A stretch of DNA of 64,000 nucleotides from an uncultured Gammaproteobacteria bacterium (GTDB taxonomy: Bacteria; Patescibacteriota; Microgenomatia; Levybacterales; UBA12049), in contig OZ246394.1 of the NCBI GenBank assembly GCA_965230895.1, positions 101,879-165,878 on the forward strand. The letters run 5' to 3'. Under the pieces are notes generated by a model, which was not told where the DNA came from, searched no databases, and was given only the letters and a program-made list of their open reading frames with translations. The position numbers were made by a program, and so were the translations under genes. Position 1 is the stretch's first letter. Each line of letters starts with the position of its first letter. Below are positions 29,323 through 38,651 of this stretch, piece after piece.

Positions 29323-29829
29323 CTACTTAGCGTTTTTCGGAAGGCTCTCACAAGCATTACCATCTTTGTCTCCATCAAGTCGATTCAGATCTTTATTTAC
29401 TCCACCAACTTTTAAGAAGAATGTTTGCGCTTCACCATTTGTGGCAAAGTCTGAACAATTGTAATTGTCAGCGGCCTTTCCTTTATCGCCATCTGTTGTA
29501 ACATTTCCGTATTTATCAAAAAGAATATTTCCTTCTGTATCTCTTGTTACTTTTGATTGTTCAAATGATTTTGTCTGCCAGAGCTTTCCTAGATCCCAAT
29601 CGTTCTGACTAACTTCAAGTCCAAGTGCTGCAAGCAGTGCAATTGCTGTAATTGCAAGAAGAATACGGAGTTTCTCAAAAAAGTAGAAAAGAACTCCTAC
29701 AATAATTAAAAGAACCACGATAAATCCAATTCTGAATTTATGATTGTTACGCAACTTAGTAAAAGTCGAGGGACCTTTCTTCTCGGAAGTTTCTTTCTCT
29801 TTCTCTATAGTTCTTTCAGATTCATTCAT
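29323..29829 (-). CDS. Membrane protein with C-terminal excalibur calcium-binding domain
   Basis: Two TMs; YNCSDF...LDGDKDGNACESLP. Confidence 0.8.
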   Translation of the reverse strand: MNESERTIEKEKETSEKKGPSTFTKLRNNHKFRIGFIVVLLIIVGVLFYFFEKLRILLAITAIALLAALGLEVSQNDWDLGKLWQTKSFEQSKVTRDTEGNILFDKYGNVTTDGDKGKAADNYNCSDFATNGEAQTFFLKVGGVNKDLNRLDGDKDGNACESLPKNAK

Positions 29830-29867
29830 GCCGTCATAATACACCAGAGAATAGCTTTTAACAAGAG

Positions 29868-30329
29868 CTATTTACTGGTTCTTGTTCGAAGAAATAATGT
29901 CGCAATAGCGCTATAAATAAGACCAAAGATAATCGAAGCCACAACTTGCGCTACCATATCAACGGCAATAACCATTTCGTTTGTCTGGCTTTGCATACCA
30001 TAAGCCATTTTTGCATAATCCAGAAGTGAAGGATTTACATAAAGGTAAAAGAAAAGGAAAACAAATGGAGAAACTAATGCATGAACGAGTGAAATCTTAA
30101 AACCCTCGACAAGTCCGTCTTTAAACGAAAGTTTATTCTTTCTTATTTTCTTGTAAGCTTTTATACCGAGATAGAGCAATGCTAATGGCATTAAAGCCAT
30201 GACAGTCATTTCAATAGGAGATTTTTCTTCAAACGACTGATGTTGGAGATACATTATTAGTAAACAGGCAGCTGTTATTGCGGTAGTAGCCAAACCATAT
30301 TTCAAATGATTTTGGGTTAAATATGTCAT
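29868..30329 (-). CDS. DUF4199-like membrane protein
   Basis: LKYGL, LSFKDGL..GF and YVNP motifs; four TMs. Confidence 0.7.
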   Translation of the reverse strand: MTYLTQNHLKYGLATTAITAACLLIMYLQHQSFEEKSPIEMTVMALMPLALLYLGIKAYKKIRKNKLSFKDGLVEGFKISLVHALVSPFVFLFFYLYVNPSLLDYAKMAYGMQSQTNEMVIAVDMVAQVVASIIFGLIYSAIATLFLRTRTSK

Positions 30330-30476
30330 CAACTTCAGAATAATAGAAGAGTATACATTTGTAAAGAGGATAAATTCCATAATTCTCAAGAAATTGAGAA
30401 TAAGCTAAATACCTATCCGTATACTCAAAAGAAAAAATCTTACTTTTCTTTCATCAAACTCTGCTATATTTTAAGT

Positions 30477-30869
30477 ATGCATGAGATAAATTATTTAGCT
30501 GTGCTTGTATGTGCCGTAGCAGGATTTGTCTTCAGTACTGTTTGGTATTCCGTGTGGGGTAAGCAAATGGGGAAATTGCATAAAGCATATGCTGGGAAAC
30601 AACAACCAAAACCATGGCAAATCCTTATCGAGTTTGCTCGCAATATAATCCTTGCACTAGTTATCTCTTTATTATTCGATTATATCGGCGTTTTTGATTG
30701 GATTGCTGGTATAGAATTCGGATTGATCCTCTGGCTTGGTTTCCCTTTGGTTTTACTAGCAGGATCTGTCCTGTGGGAGAAAGTGCCCGTAAAGCTTGCG
30801 ATGTTTCATTTGGGTGATTGGTTTGTAAAACTACTTCTTTTCTCTGTAATTATTGCTACTTGGAAGTAG
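30477..30869 (+). CDS. DUF1761-family membrane protein (second copy)
   Basis: INYLAVLV...WYS.WGK, WLGF, WE and GDW motifs. Confidence 0.8.
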   Translation: MHEINYLAVLVCAVAGFVFSTVWYSVWGKQMGKLHKAYAGKQQPKPWQILIEFARNIILALVISLLFDYIGVFDWIAGIEFGLILWLGFPLVLLAGSVLWEKVPVKLAMFHLGDWFVKLLLFSVIIATWK

Positions 30870-30901
30870 TTAGCGGAGGATTTAACTGCGGGCAAAATTG
30901 C

Positions 30902-31493
30902 TTATTGCGGAGTAACTTCACTCGTTGAGAATGGATAAAGATCAACCATTGTTATATCAGAATCACTACCGCATGATGGGATTGAGAGTGTGTCACTAGT
31001 TGCTGGCTTGAAGGAAACTGTATCTTTCGGAGAAATTGCATAAGAAACCATAGCATCAACTTGCGTTGCTTCACTTGAACATTGTGGACCATTTGGATAA
31101 TGGATTAAAGAATAAATTGTCTGATTTGGCTTTAAAGTAAATACTGGAGTGGATGCTTGTCCTTTTGTATCGGTTTTAAAATTAGTTACTGAATCTGGAT
31201 ATCCAACTTCCAAAGTATTATTTCCGATTACTTTACACTCTGCATCTGAAGTATTCTGCAAAGTAATTGTCGCATACAAATTTCCTGCTGCAATTTCAGG
31301 ATCCATGCTTGCTGCTAATTGTGAAGGAATACAATAGCCATCTACTGGTACATTTACCTGTGTCGGCGAAACTTGTGCTTGCTGCGTTAGACTTGGTGTT
31401 GGAGAAGAATTTTGAGATTGAGAATTTTGATAAAGAAGATAACCGGCTCCAAGTAAGAGGATGAGAAGGATAACTATAATGATTTTTCTTCAT
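30902..31493 (-). pseudogene. Frameshifted DUF4232-like membrane-anchored protein
   Basis: ATG AAG AAAAA TC: removing one A gives MKKIIIVILLILLLGAGYLLYQ...YCIPSQL...AAGNLY...LQNTS...CKVIG, continuous with ORF 30902-31306. Confidence 0.65.
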
Positions 31494-31605
31494 GCTGACT
31501 CTTTTAATACTATACATCGTAAAAAAGTTGAAAACAAGTTACACCTTAGTTCTTAAGAATTTGAGAATAGCTCTACTATCTCTGCTATAATTTCCTCTAA
31601 CGAAA

Positions 31606-32400
31606 ATGAATTCTGAACGTTTACGAAAACTTCCAAGAGAATATGTCCTGAGAAATGGTGATTCCATGCGCTATGATCCTGACAAGCATCTGCTTCCTGA
31701 TCGAGTATCTGAAATCCTTGGAGCGGTGGAACTACCAAGGATGATTTCTCAGTATCGATCGTCAGCTGGAGATCCTGAAAAACCTGTTCGGATACTTATC
31801 CCTGGGATTGGTCCAGGAACGCTTGCGAGTGGTTTGATTTCAGGTTTGGAACTCGATGATCCGAGTCGTACTTCTGCGAAAAATGTCAATATCGATGCTT
31901 TCGATATCAATCCTGATGCTGTGGTAACTGCACAGGCAAATATCGATGAACAATTGCAGAATAAATGGGGAGAGGATGGACCTGTGACGTTTCGTGTTTT
32001 CCAAGGGGATTGGAAAGGTGGAGCAGTTTGGGATACCCTTCGCGAGGAAGATTCATATACGCATGTTATTGTAAATCCGCCGTATGCATTCCGGGATGAT
32101 TTCCGTGAACAAGTGCTTTTGCCTGGATATGATACTGTGCCGGAAAATGCTTTATATGGGAGACGTAATGGGGGAGAACATTATTATGTTTTGGCGCAAG
32201 AGCTGCAAACGGTTTTGAGTGAGGAATCTGATGCTGGAGTCATCTTCCGTTTTTCTGATTCAAATTTCGCGACAAGTTCTGTGCCGAGGATTGTTGATAG
32301 ATACTTTGCGGATGAGGATTTCACCAAAGAATTCCACTCAGAACTCTTCGACACGGCATCAGAACGTTGGGGAGCTTTTGCTAGGATTAGGAGGAAGTAA
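31606..32400 (+). CDS. Divergent PrmC/HemK-like SAM-dependent N-methyltransferase
   Basis: GIGPG motif I, DIN, VNPPY, PENALYG (compare EPxxALxG), LLPDRVSE (compare LIPRPETE). Confidence 0.7.
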   Translation: MNSERLRKLPREYVLRNGDSMRYDPDKHLLPDRVSEILGAVELPRMISQYRSSAGDPEKPVRILIPGIGPGTLASGLISGLELDDPSRTSAKNVNIDAFDINPDAVVTAQANIDEQLQNKWGEDGPVTFRVFQGDWKGGAVWDTLREEDSYTHVIVNPPYAFRDDFREQVLLPGYDTVPENALYGRRNGGEHYYVLAQELQTVLSEESDAGVIFRFSDSNFATSSVPRIVDRYFADEDFTKEFHSELFDTASERWGAFARIRRK

Positions 32401-32454
32401 GAAATTTAAGAATTCTACTTGATAAGATTTCGTAAAAAGTATATATTACTCATC

Positions 32455-32477
32455 AACTGCCGAAGAGGCAGTTTTTT
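32455..32477 (+). terminator. Terminator-like hairpin with U tract just before the ATG at 32480
   Basis: AACTGCC-GAAGA-GGCAGTT followed by TTTT. Confidence 0.6.
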
Positions 32478-32479
32478 GT

Positions 32480-33796
32480 ATGGAAAAAAAATTGAAGTAT
32501 ATCATCGATTCTATACCAGATTTTGAAATTAGACTAAAAGCGGGTAAAAGAATATTAAAGAAACTTGAGAAATATACTGCAACTATTGAAAAAATTGAGA
32601 AAAAAGTGTTTACAGGTGGAGAAGGGCTTACTGCTCAGCTGGAAGAAGCAAAGAGAATCAATAAAGAAATTGCTGCATATTACACAGAAGCAAGCGAAAA
32701 CCTATCGACTCTAAAAGAAACAGTAAAGAGTATTGATTTGCTGAAAGAGGCTTTCGAAACTTCTTTGGAAACTACGAATACTTTGATAAGTAATGTAAAT
32801 GATCCTGAAACGGGAATTCAATCAAAGTTGAATGCTGCTAATGAAGATAAAAATGAGACTAGGAGTATCCTCTTGTCTGCTGAAAACACAAAAAAAGAAT
32901 TAGATACTAAAGTGGAATCTATTCAAGGACAGTTGCAAGAAATGGAACAACTTTATGATGATTTTATCGAAATAAAAACTAAAATTGATGACCCTACGAA
33001 CGGATTAATTAAGGTACTTTCTTCATCAACTGCAAAAAGAGATGAAATATTTGCAATAAAGAAAAAGGCAGATACTCTATTTGCTGATATTTTAAAAACT
33101 CGAGATGAATCTGTCGCGTTCACTACTGAAATTAAGAAGTACAAGGATGAGACAGAGCTTAATACTGAAATTATTCGAGCGTACGCGAAAGAGAGTGAAG
33201 AAAACAATAGTAAGATTGCACAAATATATGATATAGCAACAGGTAGGGGACTCGCGGGATCTTTTGATAAACGGAAAAAGGAGCTTTTACTGTCTGTTTG
33301 GATATGGGGCGCAGTTCTAGTTGTAAGCGTAGCTTCATATGTATTTGTTTTAATGTGGATTTATCACGAAACATTCCAGAAAGGGATCCCAAATATAGAT
33401 GTAGCAGCTTGGTATCGCCTAACCTTAACGTTACCTATTTTAGGTCTGATTGCATTTGCCGCATATCAGTATTCACGTGAGCGCAATTTTTTAGAAAAGT
33501 ATGCTTTTAAATCTGCAACTGCAGTTGCTCTAGAGTCATATACAAAACTTCTCACAGATAAGTTTTCAATGCATGAAACTAAGATTGTTAGATTTGTATT
33601 GAATGCAATGACAATGATATATAGAGAGCCTCACGACATTGAAAAGAAATATAAATTCAATTTTGGTATCAATAAAATCTTTAATCTTGGTGTAGAGGAA
33701 GATAAAATGGAGGAGATAACTGACTTTATTGAGAAATCAGTTGATGATGCAGTGGATATTAAAAATGAGAAGAATAAAGGAAAACCAACAAGATAA
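32480..33796 (+). CDS. Long coiled-coil protein with two C-proximal TM helices
   Basis: Heptad K/E-rich N-terminal ~260 aa; LAGSF, two TMs, EKYAFK motif. Confidence 0.75.
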   Translation: MEKKLKYIIDSIPDFEIRLKAGKRILKKLEKYTATIEKIEKKVFTGGEGLTAQLEEAKRINKEIAAYYTEASENLSTLKETVKSIDLLKEAFETSLETTNTLISNVNDPETGIQSKLNAANEDKNETRSILLSAENTKKELDTKVESIQGQLQEMEQLYDDFIEIKTKIDDPTNGLIKVLSSSTAKRDEIFAIKKKADTLFADILKTRDESVAFTTEIKKYKDETELNTEIIRAYAKESEENNSKIAQIYDIATGRGLAGSFDKRKKELLLSVWIWGAVLVVSVASYVFVLMWIYHETFQKGIPNIDVAAWYRLTLTLPILGLIAFAAYQYSRERNFLEKYAFKSATAVALESYTKLLTDKFSMHETKIVRFVLNAMTMIYREPHDIEKKYKFNFGINKIFNLGVEEDKMEEITDFIEKSVDDAVDIKNEKNKGKPTR

Positions 33797-33833
33797 AGTT
33801 TTTTTTCCCTCAGCCACCTGATATAATGGCTTC

Positions 33834-34937
33834 ATGAATCTATCAGTTGGTATTGTTGGGCTTCCAAACGTTGGGAAATCTACTTTGTTTAATGCGCTTC
33901 TCAAGAAGCAGGCGGCTTTGGCGGCTAATTATCCTTTTGCGACCATCGAACCAAATGTTGGGGTTGTCCCGGTTCCTGATTCTCGATTAACCAAACTTGG
34001 TGAGGTTACAAAGGAAGAAGAAAAGATGGCAGAATTGCCTCCGTTGAAGCCGGCATTGATCGAATTTGTGGACATCGCGGGTTTGGTGAAGGGTGCTTCA
34101 GAAGGTGCTGGACTTGGAAATAAATTTCTTTCTCACATCCGTGAAGTAAAGATCATTTCTCATGTTGTCCGTGCATTTGAAGATCCTGATGTCATCAAAG
34201 AAGGTGCAGTCGATCCGCAGGCTGATTACGAAGTTATCCAAGCGGAATTAATCATCGCCGATCTCCAAACAGTTGAAAAGCAGCGAGATGCAAAGGCTGT
34301 GAAGACTGATGCCAAGAAGAAATCCGCGGTTGAGAAACTTCTGAAAGGATTAAATGAAGGCAAAGCTGCGCGAGACATCAGTTTGACGGATGATGAAGCG
34401 GCATTTGCACAGGAACTCTTTTTGCTTTCCAATAAGCCTGAAATTATTGTCCTCAATGTCTCTGAAGATCAATATAGTCCTGAAGGGATTGCTGAAGTTA
34501 CCAAGAAATTTGCAGAACTTTTAAATCAACCAGAAGATAAGTTGGTTGTGATTTGTGCAAAGATCGAATCAGAACTTGCAACACTTTCCGATGAAGAAGC
34601 GAAGGAATATTTGGGTGATTTGGGGCTCGAAGCTTCAGGCTTGGAGCGATTGATTCAAAAGGCATATGACAAATTAGGATTGATCTCATTCCTTACAGCA
34701 GGGGAGAAGGAAGTCAAAGCATGGACCATTAAAAAGGAAACCGATGCTCCAAATGCTGCCGGAGCAATCCATACTGATTTTACAAAGAAGTTTATTAAAG
34801 CGGAAGTGATTAGTTTTGATGACTATGTCACGACTGGTGGACGCAAAAAGGCGAGGGAAGTAGGCAAAGCTCGTCTTGAAGGAAGAGACTACATCGTACA
34901 AGATGGCGACATCATCGAATTTAAAATTGGTGCCTAA
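33834..34937 (+). CDS. ychF: Redox-regulated ATPase YchF
   Basis: GIVGLPNVGKSTLFN, ANYPFATIEPN, DIAGLVKGASEGAGLGNKFL, TGS domain. Confidence 0.97.
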   Translation: MNLSVGIVGLPNVGKSTLFNALLKKQAALAANYPFATIEPNVGVVPVPDSRLTKLGEVTKEEEKMAELPPLKPALIEFVDIAGLVKGASEGAGLGNKFLSHIREVKIISHVVRAFEDPDVIKEGAVDPQADYEVIQAELIIADLQTVEKQRDAKAVKTDAKKKSAVEKLLKGLNEGKAARDISLTDDEAAFAQELFLLSNKPEIIVLNVSEDQYSPEGIAEVTKKFAELLNQPEDKLVVICAKIESELATLSDEEAKEYLGDLGLEASGLERLIQKAYDKLGLISFLTAGEKEVKAWTIKKETDAPNAAGAIHTDFTKKFIKAEVISFDDYVTTGGRKKAREVGKARLEGRDYIVQDGDIIEFKIGA

Positions 34938-34993
34938 TCCTCACGAAATTCTCACTTGATAGTCCCAAGTTCATACTGTATGCTTAGGCTGTT

Positions 34994-36637
34994 ATGCCTA
35001 TCGAACGATTTCGTCAAGGAGCAGAGCGAAGAAAACGCAAACATTTGATCGATTCTGCGCTTGCTCAAAAAGATGAACAATCTGGGTCCTCTTCAGTAGC
35101 GAGTGAACCTCAACAAGCTTCAGGAAAAGAAGCGCCATTCTTTTCTGGTAAACGTAAAGGAGTTATCTTAACGACAGCTCTGGGTGCAGCAGCAGTCTTT
35201 CTTGGTAACAAAGTATATCGAGATAAGGAAACAGGTGAATTCCAAAAAGAAGCGTTAGCAAAGTCAGTAAAGAAGGCTGCGACTATTGGTCCTGTTGAAG
35301 GATTGATCGGTGTTGCGGGTATTACAATCCGTGATCATCGAGAATTAACGCATCGCAGTGTTGAGCTTGCTCCGTGGTTGCAAAAGGTACTGGATTTTGA
35401 GCAACGTTCTTTGGGCGTCCGTGAACCATACACTTGGGCATCTGTGCATCGAATTCATCATGAAATGACAGATGCTTCCTTATATCCTTTCTACCTGGCG
35501 TACCATGCTGTCAAATCTGCTGAAGCAAATGGTGCTCCTGTAGCCCCTGAACATAAATTTAAAAATTTTGATCCATTTGTAGAGCATTTTGATTTGAAAA
35601 CAGTTATGGATATAGGAGAAAGTGCTGATGCTGTTGTCAAAAAACGTATGGGAGATCTCTACGAACCTCCAATATTTGATAATCCGGAACAAATTAAAGA
35701 CGTGATTGAAGCCGAAAAACCTTTGTATTGGTATCCTGATTACAGCAAGAAAAAAGGGAGAGACGAATATGAGCCAAATGATATTGCCAGAATTCTACTT
35801 ACTGACCCGCATTCTCCAGCATTAGTTCGTCGCGAAAATGGAGTGCAAGGTGTGGCAATGACAAATATAAGTCTCTATCAGACCGCTGCTGCAATGTTCC
35901 GACATTTTCCTGAGATAAAACCTGAAGATCTTCAACGACCAGAGGATTTCGATCCTACTTACCAAGAACGCCATAAAAATGATGCGAAGAAAACATTTTA
36001 TGCTGGTTTTGTAGGACAAGCTGCTGCAATGTATGTCGTAAATCGGGATTATACATGGAGAGGTGCAGGAAGAGCAGTTTTGGAAGGAGCAGCTATCAAT
36101 GGTCTCAGAGCAGCGACAGAATTAGTTGGAGGAAATGTCACAAATTCAGCTGGGCATATGGGAGATCCTGTCCAAACAGAACTTGCTCAAGCATTCTTAA
36201 ATAGGATTTATGATATAAAACTCAAGCCTGATGGATCAATATCTACAAATACAGTAGGTAAAGGAGTTGTCGGGAGAGTTGCAAGTTGGGCGACGCTTGA
36301 TGAAGTTGGTGGGCAAGAAGTCCATCATCGAGCGCCTTGGAAGGTACGATATACAGATGCAGAGGGAAGACAGGCCGTTGTCGAGGCTCCATGGGGAAGC
36401 TTCCTTGAGTATCTCGCCAAAAATGAACATGTCAGTGCAATTAACGAAGGTGCAGGATTTGCTGGTGAAGAAAATGATCGTCCTGATGTTGTACATCGTG
36501 CTGTACGAAAAATTCAAGATGCAAGAGCTGAGCAGTATCAAAGAGATTATCCTGATGGAGAACCTGAGGAAGAACCTCCACTTTCAGGTGGAATAAGTCG
36601 TCTTGGTAGAACTCTTTTTAGCCGATTCCGCAGATAA
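34994..36637 (+). CDS. Highly divergent fatty-acid desaturase homologue (DesA/delta-9 type)
   Basis: GIT...HRELTHRS, WASVHRIHH, DPHSP, NSAGH and QEVHH..PW in canonical order, with a large insertion. Confidence 0.7.
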   Translation: MPIERFRQGAERRKRKHLIDSALAQKDEQSGSSSVASEPQQASGKEAPFFSGKRKGVILTTALGAAAVFLGNKVYRDKETGEFQKEALAKSVKKAATIGPVEGLIGVAGITIRDHRELTHRSVELAPWLQKVLDFEQRSLGVREPYTWASVHRIHHEMTDASLYPFYLAYHAVKSAEANGAPVAPEHKFKNFDPFVEHFDLKTVMDIGESADAVVKKRMGDLYEPPIFDNPEQIKDVIEAEKPLYWYPDYSKKKGRDEYEPNDIARILLTDPHSPALVRRENGVQGVAMTNISLYQTAAAMFRHFPEIKPEDLQRPEDFDPTYQERHKNDAKKTFYAGFVGQAAAMYVVNRDYTWRGAGRAVLEGAAINGLRAATELVGGNVTNSAGHMGDPVQTELAQAFLNRIYDIKLKPDGSISTNTVGKGVVGRVASWATLDEVGGQEVHHRAPWKVRYTDAEGRQAVVEAPWGSFLEYLAKNEHVSAINEGAGFAGEENDRPDVVHRAVRKIQDARAEQYQRDYPDGEPEEEPPLSGGISRLGRTLFSRFRR

Positions 36638-36687
36638 AGTCTTTTCCCACTTGAGTTCAAACTTAAACCTGTGGTACAATAGCATCC

Positions 36688-37005
36688 ATGAGAACGTATG
36701 AATTAACACTTGTTTTGCGTCCAACGCTTAAAGAAGCAGATCGAAAGAAACTTCTTGAAACCATCAAAGATTGGTTGGGACATGTTAAAATTGCAAAGGA
36801 AAACGATTGGGGTCAAAAAGCTTTGGCATATCCAATCAAAAAAGAAGACGCTGGATATTACGTTATGTTGGAACTTGAAGTTGAAGATGCAAAGGTTTCA
36901 GCAAAAGATAAAGTAAGTAAACCAACAGGCGTTCCAGAGGATTTGGAACAAAGAATAATTCGAACAGACAATATTCTAAGACATTTGTTATTGAGAACTA
37001 AGTAA
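36688..37005 (+). CDS. rpsF: 30S ribosomal protein S6
   Basis: MRTYEL, WGQKALAYPIKK, ILRHLL; rpsF-ssb-rpsR order. Confidence 0.95.
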   Translation: MRTYELTLVLRPTLKEADRKKLLETIKDWLGHVKIAKENDWGQKALAYPIKKEDAGYYVMLELEVEDAKVSAKDKVSKPTGVPEDLEQRIIRTDNILRHLLLRTK

Positions 37006-37490
37006 TGGCAAGAAGCTTAAATAGAGTACAATTAATTGGAAATCTGACCCGTGATCCAGAATTGCGTTATACACCAGCTGGAAATGCGGTTTGTACTTTT
37101 GGCTTAGCTACCAATAGATCTTGGACAACAGATGCAGGAGAAAAAAGAGAAGAAGTAGACTTTCACAGGGTTGTGGCTTGGAACAAATTGGCTGAATTAT
37201 GTAGTCAATTTTTGGTAAAAGGTCGCAAAGTGTATGTCGAAGGACGACTTTCAACTCGAAACTGGACAGCTCAAGATGGAGCTCAGAAATCTACAACAGA
37301 AGTTGTGATTGATGATATGATTCTTCTTGATAACAAAGGCGGTTCAGGATCAGGAGAAAATCAACCAGAAGAACACTTTAATCCAGAGGAAGATGCAAAG
37401 CCAGCAAAGAAAGCTGCGCCAAAGCATGAAGAAGCTCCTTCATCAAACAGTAAAGAAGATGAAGTAGCACCGGATGATATTCCGTTTTAA
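37005..37490 (+). CDS. ssb: Single-stranded DNA-binding protein
   Basis: LNRVQLIGNLTRDPELRYT; C-terminal DDIPF. Confidence 0.97.
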   Translation: MARSLNRVQLIGNLTRDPELRYTPAGNAVCTFGLATNRSWTTDAGEKREEVDFHRVVAWNKLAELCSQFLVKGRKVYVEGRLSTRNWTAQDGAQKSTTEVVIDDMILLDNKGGSGSGENQPEEHFNPEEDAKPAKKAAPKHEEAPSSNSKEDEVAPDDIPF

Positions 37491-37509
37491 TAAAGAAAGA
37501 TAAAAAAAT

Positions 37510-37752
37510 ATGGCTGAAAAGAAAAGATTACCAAAGAAGAAGATAGTTGTACCAAAGACATGTTATTTCTGTGCTGAAAAGAAAACACCTTGGTACTCAG
37601 ATACTGCAAGTTTGCAAAAGTTTGTTACTGATCGAGGCAAGATCATTGTCCGAACACGATCAGGACTTTGTGCAAAGCATCAGCGTCGTTTGACCACAGC
37701 TATTAAGAATGCACGTCATTTGGCATTAATGGCTTTCGTTAACCGCACATAG
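37510..37752 (+). CDS. rpsR: 30S ribosomal protein S18
   Basis: [26 protein letters not shown]. Confidence 0.95.
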   Translation: MAEKKRLPKKKIVVPKTCYFCAEKKTPWYSDTASLQKFVTDRGKIIVRTRSGLCAKHQRRLTTAIKNARHLALMAFVNRT

Positions 37753-37768
37753 CCTCAACTTGCCATAC

Positions 37769-37830
37769 TGTCATTCCGGACTTGATCCGGAATCTTTCAT
37801 TAAAGATCCTGAAACAAGTTCAGGATGACA
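37769..37830. repeat. REP/RPE-like dimeric palindromic element
   Basis: TGTCATTCCGGACTTGATCCGGAATC...GATCCTGAAACAAGTTCAGGATGACA: two palindromes arranged as an inverted pair. Confidence 0.7.
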
Positions 37831-37882
37831 AAAGAACATTTACTCATAGAAAAGTTCAGCTATTCCATGGTACAGTTATAGT

Positions 37883-38650
37883 ATGATATCTTTGCCCATC
37901 AAACTTCCTGCAGGGTATGTTTGTATTGTCTCAACAGGAGATCGAATAACCGCAGGACAATCGATCGCGCAAACCTCAGGACCCAATGAAGAATTTGTAA
38001 ATGTTCCAGAACATCTTGATGTCTCCCTTTCAAAAGCACCAAAATATATTGTCAAAAATCCTGGCGATACTATTGAGGAAGGGGATATCCTCGCAATTCG
38101 TAAGAACTTTTTCGGAAAAACAAAAGCAGCTATTATCAGTGAAGTAAAAGGAACAGTAATTAGGTACGAAAGAAATACAGGGAATTTAGTTGTAACAACA
38201 GGGGAAACGGAGAATACAGATGATATTGTTTCGCCTGTTGATGGCATGATTGAATTGTGTAATAATAAAGAAATTGTTATCCATACGGGTAATGCTGTTA
38301 TTGGCAAACGTGTAATCGCAGGTTCAAGAGGTGAAGGCGAATTATCTGTAATGAAAGTTTCGTTCAACGAAACTTCACCACAAAATGTTCTTTTCTATCT
38401 CGACAAACATGTAGCTGGAAAAATTGTTTTGGGAGATACATTTACACGAGATGTTATCATAAAGGGATCGACAATTGGTGTCGCTGGCTTTATCGCCGAA
38501 ACAATACCTGACGCAGATATCGATTATCTCCAGGATAAAAATATTTCTATACCAGTTATAGAAGTTGATGAAGAATCGGTAGAAAAGCTGAGGAAGATGG
38601 AAGGGGAACAAATTACAATTGATCCTCAAGCAAATATCATTTTATTTTAA
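37883..38650 (+). CDS. Hypothetical protein with biotinyl/lipoyl-like barrel-sandwich motifs
   Basis: VSTGDRITAGQSIA, KNPGDTIEEGDILA, SEVKGTV and SPVDGMI half-barrel motifs. Confidence 0.6.
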   Translation: MISLPIKLPAGYVCIVSTGDRITAGQSIAQTSGPNEEFVNVPEHLDVSLSKAPKYIVKNPGDTIEEGDILAIRKNFFGKTKAAIISEVKGTVIRYERNTGNLVVTTGETENTDDIVSPVDGMIELCNNKEIVIHTGNAVIGKRVIAGSRGEGELSVMKVSFNETSPQNVLFYLDKHVAGKIVLGDTFTRDVIIKGSTIGVAGFIAETIPDADIDYLQDKNISIPVIEVDEESVEKLRKMEGEQITIDPQANIILF

Positions 38651-38651
38651 T

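Noticed and set aside
31480-31495. TGA recoded as Gly (genetic code 25) to explain the broken gene at 30902-31493
   Set aside because: Many clear genes (zur, malQ, ABC permease, murF, maf) end in TGA at the expected position, so code 11 applies
37876-38367. 163-aa minus-strand ORF and other antisense ORFs such as 28215-28634, 48298-48651 and 53230-53601
   Set aside because: Shadow frames of well-supported genes on the opposite strand, with no motifs
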